DNA of 64,000 nt from an uncultured Pelagibacteraceae bacterium (GTDB lineage Bacteria; Pseudomonadota; Alphaproteobacteria; Pelagibacterales; Pelagibacteraceae): NCBI GenBank assembly GCA_902609235.1, contig CACLRF010000002.1, positions 2,425 to 66,424 of the forward strand, read 5' to 3'. The position numbers were made by a program, and so were the translations under genes. Of this stretch, positions 63,930 through 64,000 are shown piece by piece. The stretch's first letter is position 1. Each line of letters starts with the position of its first letter. The notes under the pieces were generated by a model. The model had not been told where the DNA came from. It saw only the letters and a list, made by a program, of their open reading frames with translations, and searched no databases.

Positions 63930-64000
63930 AAATTTTCTTAAAAATAAATTTATCTTTTTTTTCGAGTATTGTTTTTCGAAAATTGGTTTACCAATTTTTT

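Noticed and set aside
63923-64000. 3' end of a minus-strand gene at the window edge
   Set aside because: Two frames are open and the fragment is too short to assign

Overview
Very AT-rich, tightly packed alphaproteobacterial chromosome segment. Gene content, gene order and minimal spacers point to a Pelagibacterales (SAR11)-type streamlined genome (inferred, not searched). It is mostly housekeeping: dut-coaBC-ubiB-ubiE, mutM-rpsT-dnaA-dnaN, argH-lysA, helicase-fdxA-carD, aceE-aceF, gltD-gltB, thrS-infC-rpmI-rplT-pheS-pheT-lepA, gyrB-regB and cobT-cobS-J-domain-bolA. It also has three tRNAs (Leu-CAA, Arg-ACG, Ser-GGA). Accessory-looking parts are an acetoacetyl-CoA ligase/TAXI-TRAP block, a trimethyllysine-hydroxylase-like dioxygenase, and a four-gene glycosyl/methyltransferase cassette next to tRNA-Ser. 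I saw no transposase, integrase, prophage or CRISPR array. The most striking unannotated element is a self-contained transcription unit (18198-18434) encoding a 30-aa protamine/histone-H1-like peptide (22 of 30 residues K/R). It has its own promoter, a double-GANTC palindrome, an RBS and a terminator, and it converges on a CarD gene with a long Lys-rich N-terminal extension. Other oddities are a GANTC-containing direct repeat upstream of dnaA, a lipoyl-domain-fused homodimeric PDH E1, RegB with His-Ser in the H-box, a trimmed GyrB, enzymes that have lost Zn-binding cysteines, and several apparently leaderless genes. All product calls come from recognising motifs by eye; no database searches were run.
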